DNA of 64,000 bases, taken from contig OY762007.1 of NCBI GenBank assembly GCA_963665115.1, positions 5,408,001-5,472,000 on the forward strand, read 5' to 3'. The translations under genes and the position numbers were made by a program. Shown here one piece after another: positions 34,746-44,657 of the stretch (positions within the stretch are counted from its first letter, which is position 1; each line of letters begins with the position of its first letter). The notes under the pieces were generated by a model. That model saw only the letters and a list, made by a program, of their open reading frames with translations. It made no database searches and was not told the origin of the DNA. This DNA comes from an uncultured Rivularia sp. Lineage in GTDB: Bacteria; Cyanobacteriota; Cyanobacteriia; Cyanobacteriales; Nostocaceae.

Positions 34746-35264
34746 ATGACTTTCTCTACAGATTCAATAAAGAACGGTTTTTCCAACGCTTTCGACTACG
34801 ACACTAAGTTGATTGATGCGGTAAATTCCACCGTGAATGTATTCAAAAGCCTTTCGGTAGACGATCAATTAGCAGTGTTGTGGTTTGCATATACCGAAAT
34901 GGGACGTTCGATTACTCCTGCTGCTACAGGTGCAGCACGCTTGCAGTTAGCTGAAGGTTTGCTTTCACAAATCAAGCAATTGTCTCACGGCGAACAGTTA
35001 CAGGCTATGCGCGATTTAGCTGCAAAAAATAACACTCAAATTTCTCGCTCTTACGGTATTCTCAGCGCAAACACAAAGTTAGCTTTCTGGTATGAATTAT
35101 CAGAATTGATGGTTAAAGGCTTAGTTGTGCCAATGCCATGCAATTATCAATTGTCTCGCGATGGCTCACAAGTATTGGAAGCTGTTAAGGAACTTGATTT
35201 TGGTCAACAAATTACAGTTCTTCGCAAGATTGTTACCGATATGGGCGTTGATTCTTTAGCGTAA
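34746..35264 (+). CDS. Helical carotenoid protein (OCP N-terminal domain homologue, HCP4-like)
   Basis: LSVDDQLAVLWFAYTEMGRSITPAATGAA, NTKLAFWYEL, LDFGQQITVLR. Confidence 0.92.
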   Translation: MTFSTDSIKNGFSNAFDYDTKLIDAVNSTVNVFKSLSVDDQLAVLWFAYTEMGRSITPAATGAARLQLAEGLLSQIKQLSHGEQLQAMRDLAAKNNTQISRSYGILSANTKLAFWYELSELMVKGLVVPMPCNYQLSRDGSQVLEAVKELDFGQQITVLRKIVTDMGVDSLA

Positions 35265-35596
35265 TACCGCACCGCTATATTTTTCAATGCAGCTACAGGC
35301 ATATTTTTTAATCGTACTGCCTCAATCAAAACTTATTTCTTCTAGCTTAATACAACCGTAGATTGTGGGGTGGGAATTATTTTCCACCTTACAATAATTT
35401 TGGGGAACAGGGAATGCCGGATCTGGAAACATCTTTTTAATCCAAAATCCAAAATCCTGTTAGCGAATAGATTGCTTGCGTTATCTACCTATAGAAGTAG
35501 TTCGCTTAAAGTAGATTATCTCTCAAGCAGCTTTCGGAGTTGCTAGCAAATGTATTCAAATAATCAAAATAAGCAATCGATACAGGAGATTTCATT

Positions 35597-35999
35597 TTGG
35601 CAGTACAATCGAAAGAATTTACCCAAATTAAAGGAATCAGCGAAACCAACGATACAAGAGTATTTTCAAAGTTTGAATGCAGGTGATTACGAAAAAACCG
35701 TTTCCTTATTTGCAGAAAACGGTGTAATGCATCCTCCATTTGAATCTGGAATTGTGGGAAGAGATGCAATTTTGAGTTATTTAAACAAGGAAGCAATCGA
35801 TATTAAAGCTTGCCCTCGTGAAGGTACAAGCGAAACCTTAGAAGACAACCTCACCCAAATTAAAATTGCGGGTAAAGTTGAAACTCCTTGGTTTGCAGTA
35901 AATGTATCTTGGTTGTTTATCCTAAATGAATTTCAAATTTTGGATGTGAAAATTAAACTTTTGGCTTCTCCGCAAGAATTGCTTTCCTTACGAAGATAA
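35597..35999 (+). CDS. OCP C-terminal domain homologue (CTDH, NTF2 fold); apparent +1 frameshift at 35642-35647
   Basis: AGGAG RBS then TTG; removing one A gives MAVQSKEFTQIKGISEPTIQEYFQSLNAGD; PPFESGIVG, GKVETPWFAVNVSW, KLLASPQELL. Confidence 0.88.
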
Positions 36000-36085
36000 A
36001 ATTCTCCAATCAACGAATAAATCAACGAAAATCAGCGGATATTAAATAGTATGAAACATAAGTTAGTGTCAACAATCATCAACTA

Positions 36086-36532
36086 TTAACTTTTGGTTGC
36101 TGTAGCTTGCTGTAGAGAACGTACTAATAATCTCCGCCCTAACTCTATACCAGAAGGAGCGCATTGCCAGTCGGGATGAGCAGTCATTAGTAAGCTATCT
36201 AAAGTCTCTTGGTCGAATAAATGCCAAACTGGGGCATTATCTACTTCTATTTCGATGGCGTAGCAGTTGCTGCTAATACAGTGAATTATACAACTGCTAG
36301 CAACTCTTTCTAAAGTCATTTGTTCGCCGGGTTGAAGCGAGCGAAATTGTTTCATTGCCTGCTTGATTTCATCCATAGAAGAAACCAATAGTCCGGGAAT
36401 AGCCACTATTAAACTACTTTCCCCATTGACTTTAATCCAATAATGACGGCTGGGATCTATTCCTTCTAACCAAGGTGACTCATCATCTAAACGGTAGCGC
36501 GGTGACAAACAGAACGAGGCTTTCATACGCAT
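36086..36532 (-). CDS. Hypothetical protein, probably conserved in cyanobacteria
   Basis: 148-aa ORF in an otherwise empty slot with protein-like composition (LSPRYRLDDESPWLEGIDP; LLMTAHPDWQC). Confidence 0.75.
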   Translation of the reverse strand: MRMKASFCLSPRYRLDDESPWLEGIDPSRHYWIKVNGESSLIVAIPGLLVSSMDEIKQAMKQFRSLQPGEQMTLERVASSCIIHCISSNCYAIEIEVDNAPVWHLFDQETLDSLLMTAHPDWQCAPSGIELGRRLLVRSLQQATATKS

Positions 36533-36913
36533 CGTTAATAATTTTGGTATTAGGGACTCAAATAATTTTTAGCTTTAGACACTTGGTAAAGTACGAGAAC
36601 CATTTTTAAGTATTTTTAAGTATTTTTAAATAATTTATTTATGGTCGCGCATATTTAGCAGTACCTAACTCTTAACTGGTGAATTACGACGGTGCAATTT
36701 ACCGACTTAAAGCAATTAGTCAAAAGTGCAGCCACTTTCCCATTATTTGATGATTCCCAGACATAAATCAAACAAATTTAGTAAAAGTTATCATTTTAAT
36801 AAACTATTGTTAACTTAAGTGATTATTAGTGCTTACGCAAAACTCCCTAATTCCGAAGCGAAGTTAGGGGATTTGAGTATATATTTTATTGTGACGTTGA
36901 AAATTATGTTTTT

Positions 36914-36962
36914 AGTCCTCTTGAGAGGACTTTTACTGTTAGACAGGGACTTATAGCCCCTG
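36914..36962. repeat. Double-hairpin REP-like element
   Basis: AGTCCTC-TTGA-GAGGACT followed by CAGGGAC-TTATA-GCCCCTG. Confidence 0.55.
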
Positions 36963-37095
36963 ACGGATGGGAAAGCAGCCAAAAAACTTGTACAACTTAT
37001 TTGTCTTCAGATTTTAGAATTTAATTGGTGTAACACTTAGTATTCTAAAGGGGTTTTTTAAATTAAGGTGTAAGAGCGAACAGTAGTTTAACCAA

Positions 37096-37539
37096 TCAAT
37101 TGTTAACTTTCTGTTGTTGTGCTGTTTCTGGCAAACTAGCTTCTAATTTGAGACAATTACCGCCATCTACCTGTAGTTCGTACTCAACCTTGTCCATCAA
37201 ACGGTTCATAATCAACCAACCATAGCCTCCTTCTTGTTTTTCTACAGGAGAAGGAGGAAAGTAAGTTGACATATCATAACCTTCACCTTTGTCCCAAACT
37301 TCTAAAGCTAAATCCCTTTGTTTTAGTTCCAAGCGAATCAAAATGGGAACTTGAGGTTGTTCCTTGTGAGCGTGACGGACTACATTCGAGTATGCTTCGA
37401 CTAAAACTAAGCGCAAACGATTTGATTGTCGCTTCCAATCAACCGATTCTCCTAATTCTGCTTGTAAGCATCCAAGTAGCCAGTCTTCTACAAGATTTAA
37501 ATACTTCAAGTCACTTGGTACGTGAAGCTCGCTTTTCAT
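37096..37539 (-). CDS. Anti-sigma factor / RsbW-like Ser/Thr kinase (HATPase fold)
   Basis: LVEAYSNVVRHA N-box, VWDKGEG, GGYGWLIM. Confidence 0.9.
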   Translation of the reverse strand: MKSELHVPSDLKYLNLVEDWLLGCLQAELGESVDWKRQSNRLRLVLVEAYSNVVRHAHKEQPQVPILIRLELKQRDLALEVWDKGEGYDMSTYFPPSPVEKQEGGYGWLIMNRLMDKVEYELQVDGGNCLKLEASLPETAQQQKVNN

Positions 37540-37542
37540 TAT

Positions 37543-39216
37543 TTATAAAACCTCTAGTGAAAGTATAGTTTGATCGTCCTCTTGAACTTCGGTATCAATA
37601 TGGATACGACTGAGTAATTTATTCAGGCTAAGTGGTTTTTCTTGCTCGAGTAATAATTGCCAAAGTCCTTCTTGGTTAAGCATAGAGCGCGTCAGCGATT
37701 CAATACCATCTGACGAAGAGTTACACAGATCAGTTTTCATTGAAACTTGAGCTTCAGTAATTCCATCACTTGCAAGCAGCAAAGTATCTGACTGAGCAAG
37801 AACCCATTCTCCAGCGTTTGCTTTCCAATCCGGTAATATACCCAAAGGAATTCCACGAGTTTTCAGAAATGATGGTTCTTCTAGTTTTGAATCTTTCTGG
37901 GAACAGACTATTGGATAAATATGACCGGCGTTAGCATATACTAGCTGTCCAGTAGTGGGAGAATATCGAGCTAATACCATAGTAATAAAGTAATTATTAC
38001 TAACGAGGTCATCACCTAAAGCCTCGTTTAAATTTTTCATGACGATATTTGGCATTGCAGGTGTTTCTTGAGATAATTCCCGACGCAGCACCGATATTGC
38101 ACTAGCCATAAACAGTGCAGCAGGAACGCCCTTACCGGAAACATCACCCACAGCCAACCATAAATCGCCCTTGGGATGAACGAAAACTTCAAAGAAATCT
38201 CCCCCTACTTCCCGAGCGGGGTAGCAGCAAGCTTGTACTTTTACTCCTTCTATTTCTGGTAAACTTTGCCGTAATAAATTGTGCTGAATTTGGCGAGCAA
38301 CTTCTAATTCAGCATGAATCTGTTCTTGCTTTTGCTGGAGACGTTGATAAAGTTTTGCCTGAGAAAGAGCTAACGCAGCTTGTTCGGCAACACCGGAAAT
38401 TAATTCAATATCTTCATCCTGCCAATTGCGCTCGCCATGTTGCTGATGAAGAACAAGTATTGCTTGTAAATGTTGTTGATAAATTAGCGGTACTGCTAGT
38501 TGCTGAAATTCCCCGTCATCTGAAGTAAATTGAGCTACTTCATAATTACGACTAGCGAGAACTTTTTCCATTAAAGAAGTAGGATTAAAGCTGCAATTTT
38601 CGGCATCAGTATTATCACTGCTATAGAAGAATTCATCTAGTGCTAATTGTTCATTTTCAATCGGTCTGAGTATACAACAAGCCGCTGCAAAAGTTTCTCC
38701 AATTGTTGCCACAATTTTTTGCAGCATACTGCGGTAATCTAAAGATTCCCGAATCGCTGTTGTGACTGCATTAACTAAGGATTCTCGCCGCAGAGAACGA
38801 CGTAAACTAAAAGTTCTTTTTTTTACTAATCGATAAGTTTGGGTAGCTTGTTCGACTAGGGAGCGGAGTTGATCTGGCTTCCAAGGTTTGGTAATGTACC
38901 TAAAGACTTGACCTGAGTTAATCGCTTCAACTAAATCTTCGACATCGGTAAAACCTGTAAGCAGAATCCGAATTGTATCTGGAAAAGGCTCTACAGTCAG
39001 ACCGAAAAATTCAGTCCCGTTCATCTCTGGCATTCGTTGGTCAGAGATAATCACAGCCATTTCGCCTTCTTTGTCTAAAATTTCAAGGGCAGTACGAGCA
39101 TCACTAGCCTTAAATACTTTAAAATCTCGCCTAAAAGTGCGGTAAAGTAAATCTAGATTATCTAGCTCATCATCTACCACCATCAATTTGAGTTTGCCTG
39201 CCTCAATCTCGGTCAT
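37543..39216 (-). CDS. REC-GAF-SpoIIE (PP2C) phosphatase, RsbU-like
   Basis: MVVDDE...IISDQRMP receiver; GAF; VGGDFF, GDVSGKGVPAAL, NAGH, SDGITEA, DDQT. Confidence 0.93.
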   Translation of the reverse strand: MTEIEAGKLKLMVVDDELDNLDLLYRTFRRDFKVFKASDARTALEILDKEGEMAVIISDQRMPEMNGTEFFGLTVEPFPDTIRILLTGFTDVEDLVEAINSGQVFRYITKPWKPDQLRSLVEQATQTYRLVKKRTFSLRRSLRRESLVNAVTTAIRESLDYRSMLQKIVATIGETFAAACCILRPIENEQLALDEFFYSSDNTDAENCSFNPTSLMEKVLASRNYEVAQFTSDDGEFQQLAVPLIYQQHLQAILVLHQQHGERNWQDEDIELISGVAEQAALALSQAKLYQRLQQKQEQIHAELEVARQIQHNLLRQSLPEIEGVKVQACCYPAREVGGDFFEVFVHPKGDLWLAVGDVSGKGVPAALFMASAISVLRRELSQETPAMPNIVMKNLNEALGDDLVSNNYFITMVLARYSPTTGQLVYANAGHIYPIVCSQKDSKLEEPSFLKTRGIPLGILPDWKANAGEWVLAQSDTLLLASDGITEAQVSMKTDLCNSSSDGIESLTRSMLNQEGLWQLLLEQEKPLSLNKLLSRIHIDTEVQEDDQTILSLEVL

Positions 39217-39416
39217 AGTTGACTTTTATTTTTATATATTTTTCCAAGGCAAGGAGGTATAATTTTGATTAAATTCATCTTGCCTGTTATACCAGTTGGG
39301 AACAAAAAGGTAGTTATTAACACCTCTCCACAGTCCTAACACAAAATTAAAAAAATGTAATTTTTTTATCTCGGTCGAATCTCCTTATATATACTTAGAC
39401 GATATTAAAGAAAAAG

Positions 39417-40133
39417 CTACCCTACCAATCCGGAACGTAAAGCACGGACAGCTGCTTGAGTGCGATCGTCGGCGCATAATTTGTTCAAAATATTACGAAC
39501 GTGAGTTTTCACAGTTCCCACTGTAATGTAGAGTCTTTCGGCAATAATCGCGTTACTACAGCCTTCTACAATTAGCTGCAATACTTCTAATTCTCTTTCG
39601 GTAAGAGTATAAGGTTCAATCGTATCTTCATTATCCTTCGCTTTGCCAAACTCAGATTTTTCCGCAAATTGATTAGTTCCCGACGCTGACTGAGATGTCG
39701 GTGGATTTTCTTGCGCTTGCTGCAACACAATGCGGGCGATCGCCGGGTCAATCCAAGCATTACCATTGTGAGTATGGCGCACCGCTTCAAGCAAGTTATC
39801 GTATTTGTCCTTCATGCAATAAGAATCTGCACCAGCCGCGAAAGCTGCAAGTACTGCTTCTTTACTATCGCGTAAAGTTAAAATCAAAATTTTAGTTAAC
39901 AATCCTGGTGCTATTGATTTGGCTTCTCGGGTTAATTCAATGCCATCTTTGTCAGGTAAACCGATATCTACGATTGCTACATCTGGTTGCAACGTTTTTA
40001 ATATTTGTAGTCCGTCGTTTGCATTAGCAGCTTCTCCTACTATTTCAAAATCAACATTACGCTGTAATGCCGTCCGAATACCCAAACGAGTTAGATCGTG
40101 ATCTTCAATTAAAGCAACGCGAATTTTAGTCAT
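39417..40133 (-). CDS. NarL/LuxR family response regulator
   Basis: LIEDH, IVDIGLP, LTERELEVL, TVKTHVRNILNKL. Confidence 0.95.
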   Translation of the reverse strand: MTKIRVALIEDHDLTRLGIRTALQRNVDFEIVGEAANANDGLQILKTLQPDVAIVDIGLPDKDGIELTREAKSIAPGLLTKILILTLRDSKEAVLAAFAAGADSYCMKDKYDNLLEAVRHTHNGNAWIDPAIARIVLQQAQENPPTSQSASGTNQFAEKSEFGKAKDNEDTIEPYTLTERELEVLQLIVEGCSNAIIAERLYITVGTVKTHVRNILNKLCADDRTQAAVRALRSGLVG

Positions 40134-40845
40134 GATAAATTTTTGCCCATTAAACTATTAACTGTAAAATTGAGTTTACTAAAAAGTCTATTAAGATACA
40201 GTTTCCTTAATATCTGTACGATTGATGCCATAAAACTCACCTTCGACGATTGATATATTATTGATGTTGGTATTTATAACCCATTATTACAAACGCTATA
40301 TTTATACAATTTGATTTAGTTACGCCTCATTTAACAGCATCGAATGCAAGAAGAGAGTCTAAATAATATAGAATCAATCGGATGCGAGTTAATTAGCGAC
40401 AATACCCCTGAGTGGTTAATATTACCATTACAACCGTATTTGTGTCTTAAAAGATTTAGGCTAGCGGGTCAACTAAAATATATTTCTATTAATTTTTTGA
40501 CCTCCTTTGTTAAAAGTATACTGGCGTTTTGAAAGATGCCGTCAGTTTGTTTGCAATTACTTGTTTGAAGATGTGTTTCTAAATGCTACTTAGAATACAA
40601 AGTTATAAAATAATTGATGAATTTTAAAACTTAAGTATTTCTAATTATTTTTTGCTTAAATAATATGTAGTAAGTTCGGCTACAAATTACTGTCAAAATA
40701 ATTAGCTTCGTTTGTCAATATCAGTATGTCGATCTTTGCAGCAATTGATGAGGCTGTAGCCAAAACTGCAACACAAACAATAAAGGAACAAATTTGATAA
40801 ACTAGCTTCTTAGTTGACTTGGTGTGAGGCGAATTTGGATTAAAC

Positions 40846-41595
40846 ATGATTAAACCGCCTAAAGAATTTTCGGTTTTAGGACTACCAATTCATGTAGCTA
40901 CGAATTACCCAGGCTACTTGTTAGAACGTTTGCAACTTCATATTGGAACTCATGTAGTTACGCTGAATGCAGAAATGACCATGCAAGCGGAATGTAATGA
41001 AACCCTTGCGACAATAATTAAAGCCGCCGACTTGGTAATTCCGGACGGGGCTGGGATAGTTTTATATTTACAATTGCTTTTAAAACAAGATGTGCGTCGA
41101 ATTCCAGGAATTGAACTTGCAGAGGCACTGTTACGCGAAATTGGGCAAAATTCTCCTGATTCAACGGTGTTTTTCTATGGAGGGAAGCCCGGTACAGCAG
41201 CAGCAGCAGCACAATTCTGGCAAGGACAAATACTTAATTTAAATATAGTAGGAACTTACTCGGGATATCATTCCCCAGAAGAAGAAGAACAATTACACTC
41301 CACTCTGGCTAAAATACAACCGCAAGTTATTTATGTCGGTTTGGGAGTACCGCGTCAAGAATTATGGATAAAGGAAAACCGTCATTTGTGTCCCCAAGCT
41401 ACTTGGGTTGGTGTGGGTGGAAGTTTTGATATTTGGTCAGGAGCCAAAACCCGTGCCCCTGCTTGGTTAGGCGACAACAATTTAGAATGGCTATATCGTC
41501 TTTATCAAGAACCTTGGCGATGGCGACGAATGTTAGCTTTACCAAAATTTGCCTTTAAAGCTTTGATTTACGGCATTAAAACCAAAGGAGCTTGA
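40846..41595 (+). CDS. WecB/TagA/CpsF family glycosyltransferase
   Basis: VVTLNAE, IPDGAG, VGLGVPRQE, GVGGSFD, LEWLYRL. Confidence 0.94.
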   Translation: MIKPPKEFSVLGLPIHVATNYPGYLLERLQLHIGTHVVTLNAEMTMQAECNETLATIIKAADLVIPDGAGIVLYLQLLLKQDVRRIPGIELAEALLREIGQNSPDSTVFFYGGKPGTAAAAAQFWQGQILNLNIVGTYSGYHSPEEEEQLHSTLAKIQPQVIYVGLGVPRQELWIKENRHLCPQATWVGVGGSFDIWSGAKTRAPAWLGDNNLEWLYRLYQEPWRWRRMLALPKFAFKALIYGIKTKGA

Positions 41596-41599
41596 AGCT

Positions 41600-41897
41600 G
41601 GGGAAATTCTAAAAGTAGAGAGTAGAGAGTAGAAAATGGACGGTTGAGCAACCAGCCTTATGATAATAAGAGCGGAGGAAGGCAATTACTTACTACTCCT
41701 AACTCCTAAATCCTAACTCCCTACTCTCTACTCCTAACTCTCTACTCCCTACTCCCTACTCCTAACTCTCTACTCCTAACTCCCTACTCCTAACTCTCTA
41801 CTCCCTACTCCCTACTCCCTACTCCCTACTCTCTACTCCCTACTCCTAACTCCCTACTCCTACTCCTAACTCCCTACTCCTAACTCCCTACTCCCTA
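41600..41897 (+). repeat. Left arm of the inverted repeat around ftsE: ~100-bp unit (perfect core 41627-41677) plus (CCCTACT/CTCCTAA)n STRR
   Basis: The 51-bp core is the exact reverse complement of 43066-43116. Confidence 0.9.
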
Positions 41898-41945
41898 ATA
41901 TTTTCAATTTAATAAATAAACATTTGATATTCCCAGGCTCGCTCT

Positions 41946-41954
41946 GGGAATACT
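41946..41954 (+). promoter_or_regulatory. Candidate J-box (GGGAATACT) upstream of ftsE
   Basis: Exact match about 40 nt before the ATG, but it lies in a TATTCCCAG...CTGGGAATA hairpin that resembles a dispersed repeat near 31711. Confidence 0.35.
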
Positions 41955-41995
41955 TATTTTGTATTCAATTTTGTATTTAATTTTCGTAAAGAGCG

Positions 41996-42755
41996 ATGCC
42001 AGTAATTACACCCAATAACACAGTTAATAAATCCGTAGATTTCCATAATCAAAAGAATAGTAAAGAAAATAGCACTGAGTTTATGGTGCAGCTGCGTTCG
42101 GTGACAAAAACCTATGCTAATGGAGCGAATGCTTTAGTAGATACCAATTTAAGCATCAAAAAAGGGGAATTTTTGTTTATCACAGGGGCCGAGTGGTTCT
42201 GGTAAATCAACTTTATTAAAGTTGCTTTATGGTGAAGAATTGGCAACCCAGGGAGAGGTTATTGTTGACGAGTGCGATTTGTCAGGGTTGCGTGGTGATA
42301 ATTTGTCTTTATTGCGGCGACGTATTGGTATTGTTTTTCAAGACTACAAATTAATTCCTCAAAGAACGGTAACAGAAAATATCGCCGTCGTGTTGCAAGC
42401 TCAAGGCTACACGCGCAAGGAAATTCACAGACGTTTGGAACCTACATTAAAGTTAGTAGGTTTACTGGGTAAAGCTAATTATTTTCCAGATCAACTTTCT
42501 GGAGGAGAGCAGCAACGAGTGAGTATGGCACGAGCAATTGTTGCAACCCCACCGCTACTCTTAGCAGATGAACCAACCGGAAATTTAGATCCAGACAATT
42601 CTTGGCAAATAATACAAATATTGCGTAAATTAAATTCCTTCGGCGCTACAGTAATTGTCACCACTCACGACGAACATTTAGTAAGACGTTGCAACCAAAG
42701 AGTAGTACAAGTTCGCGATGGAAAAGTTTACGAAAAGTTAGGAGTTAGGAGTTAG
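41996..42755 (+). CDS. ftsE: Cell division ATP-binding protein FtsE; apparent +1 frameshift at 42185-42190
   Basis: Removing one G restores [52 protein letters not shown]. Confidence 0.88.
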
Positions 42756-42934
42756 GAGTAGGGAGTGGAAAGTAGGGAGTAGGGAGTAGGGAGTAGGGAG
42801 TAGGGAGTAGGGAGTAGGGAGTAGGGAGTAGGGAGTAGGGAGTAGGGAGTAGGGAGTAGGGAGTAGGGAGTAGGGAGTAGGGAGTAGGGAGTAGGGAGTA
42901 GGGAGTAGGGAGTAGGGAGTAGGGAGTAGGGAGT
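42737..42934. repeat. STRR array, ~23 perfect AGTAGGG units
   Basis: Perfect run 42771-42934; degenerate start overlaps the ftsE 3' end. Confidence 0.95.
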
Positions 42935-43035
42935 TAAGCTGATGTGCAGCTAAGTTGTATTAAAAAAATTTGGAATTATTGTAGTGCGGGCATCTTGCCC
43001 GCTAGTACTATACAAATTAAGTGCGTAACAGCTTA
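42935..43035. mobile_element. ~100-bp MITE-like element with internal REP hairpin
   Basis: Termini TAAGCTGATGTGCA...TGCGTAACAGCTTA, TA at both ends; inverted second copy at 56959-57112. Confidence 0.75.
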
Positions 43036-43046
43036 AGAGTTAAGAT

Positions 43047-43150
43047 TAGTAAGTAAACTTCCTTGCTCCGCTCTTATTATCATAAGGCTGGTTGCTCAAC
43101 CGTCCATTTTCTACTCGCTACTCTCTACTCCCTACTTTTAGAATCTCCCA
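43047..43150 (-). repeat. Right arm of the inverted repeat around ftsE (perfect core 43066-43116)
   Basis: Reverse complement of ~41600-41700 with few differences outside the core. Confidence 0.9.
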
Positions 43151-43168
43151 ATCCCCAATTCCCTAATA

Positions 43169-43936
43169 TCAACATGAAACGCGGTTTTTGGCTTTTACGG
43201 AAAACGGTACTAAAGTAGTCGGATTGCTTTTGGGTACGACTTTTTCGGCTGGTTCTAATGCTTGCAAACTATCAAAGGCTGCATCTCGAATTGCTGCTTC
43301 TGATTCATTTGTCAGCAACAGTTGCAAGCATTCAATAATACATTTCTTTGCGTCAGGCTCAAGTTGTGGAGTTGCTAATTTTGTTAACTGACGCACGCTA
43401 ATTAAACGTTTAAGGGGATCTGTATCTGTTAAATTCTCTAGCGATCGCTCTAACTCCAGTTGTTCTTGATTTCCATGTAAGCTTATCAGCAGTCGAGCTA
43501 ATAATATTAAAACCAATACGGTTGCTATACCTTGGACGATTGCACCTCCACCAATCCAAACATTTGGGGCATCAGCCCAAATTGTTACGGCGGTATAAGT
43601 TCCTAAGCAGGTGATTGCACCACTAGTAACTGATAATACTAAACGTCCGTTGGTAGTTTGCAGATAATTACGTAACTTATTCAAAAATTTCGACCAGTCC
43701 CATTGGGGCATCGAATAGACTAGCAACATGACAAAAATGCCCGAACCGCTTGCGAATAATAACTTCGGGTTCCACAAAAGCATAGCAACGATTATCGTTA
43801 AGAACCAAAGAAACTGAGATGGATTCTTACGTTGCAATATACTTCCCTTCGTGACTCCTGTTTTTAATTGCGGAAGCTCCCTTAACGGCATATTTTTGAT
43901 GAATCGCTGCCAAAAAGACGAAGCCAATTTTGCCAC
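43169..43936 (-). CDS. Membrane protein with C-terminal HEAT/armadillo-like helices
   Basis: Several hydrophobic segments, then LTDTDPLKRLISVRQL...ESEAAIRDAAFDSLQAL. Confidence 0.75.
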   Translation of the reverse strand: MAKLASSFWQRFIKNMPLRELPQLKTGVTKGSILQRKNPSQFLWFLTIIVAMLLWNPKLLFASGSGIFVMLLVYSMPQWDWSKFLNKLRNYLQTTNGRLVLSVTSGAITCLGTYTAVTIWADAPNVWIGGGAIVQGIATVLVLILLARLLISLHGNQEQLELERSLENLTDTDPLKRLISVRQLTKLATPQLEPDAKKCIIECLQLLLTNESEAAIRDAAFDSLQALEPAEKVVPKSNPTTLVPFSVKAKNRVSC

Positions 43937-44075
43937 GTTATTTACCTGCCACTATAATTACAATTTACTGATAAAAACTAAGAATATATAATATTTCTAC
44001 TAGCAAATCTATCACTAAAAGGCGCTTATACAAAATTGCTAGCAATTATAAAAGTAAAATTTTCACTTAGCAATG

Positions 44076-44657
44076 CTAATAACAAAAACTTAAGTCGTCA
44101 ATGGTAAATTGACCGTCGAAAGCATGGAACCTAATAGAATGTATATTATCTGCCGATACAGATAACAAAGTATTCGCAACCAGTATTGAGTCGGAATTAG
44201 CAAGATTACCGGAGGGTAGTATTGCTTGATTTAACAGTTGGCGATCGCCATCATAAGCGGATAGCACTAATCGCTGGGAACTGGTAACGAAGGCACTAAC
44301 TGAGTTGACGGGATTTACAAAAGTAGCTTCTAATAATCCGCTTTTAGACGAACTCATTAATACTATTGCACCAGAATGAGGTGGAAATGCGGGATTGCTC
44401 GGCTCTATGGCGATACAATTATCAAAAATTACCCCTCTACTTTCGTACTGAAGATCCACTACTTCAAAGCACTGCAAATTCTCCAGTTGCAAAAAAGTAC
44501 ATTCAGTTACAGGGGAATCAACTGTATAATTTTGCGGACATTGAGAACTCGAATAGGTTGATGTAAAACTTTGAGAATAACTATTAAGGTTGTCAAGCTT
44601 AAAGAAAGGCTCCTCAAGCGTTGTTACACCTGATTGAAAACTAGCCTGCTTTACCAT
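44076..44657 (-). CDS. Hypothetical protein, predicted beta-rich
   Basis: 193-aa ORF; SNPAFPPHSG, FTIDDLSF; no recognised catalytic motif. Confidence 0.7.
   Translation of the reverse strand: MVKQASFQSGVTTLEEPFFKLDNLNSYSQSFTSTYSSSQCPQNYTVDSPVTECTFLQLENLQCFEVVDLQYESRGVIFDNCIAIEPSNPAFPPHSGAIVLMSSSKSGLLEATFVNPVNSVSAFVTSSQRLVLSAYDGDRQLLNQAILPSGNLANSDSILVANTLLSVSADNIHSIRFHAFDGQFTIDDLSFCY

Noticed and set aside
35550..35641. ORF-track N-terminus of CTDH (MYSNNQ...)
   Set aside because: An RBS-preceded TTG at 35597 with a one-base correction gives a family-like N-terminus.
40344..40532. 62-aa ORF between the NarL regulator and wecB
   Set aside because: No motif or RBS; lies in a divergent promoter region.
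40670..40683. GTA-N8-TAC NtcA-like site
   Set aside because: No TAN3T at the canonical ~22-nt spacing on either strand; a 6-base match is expected by chance in AT-rich DNA.
41695..42934. Long repeat arrays as a possible CRISPR array
   Set aside because: They are 7-bp tandem units with no unique spacers, and no cas genes are present.
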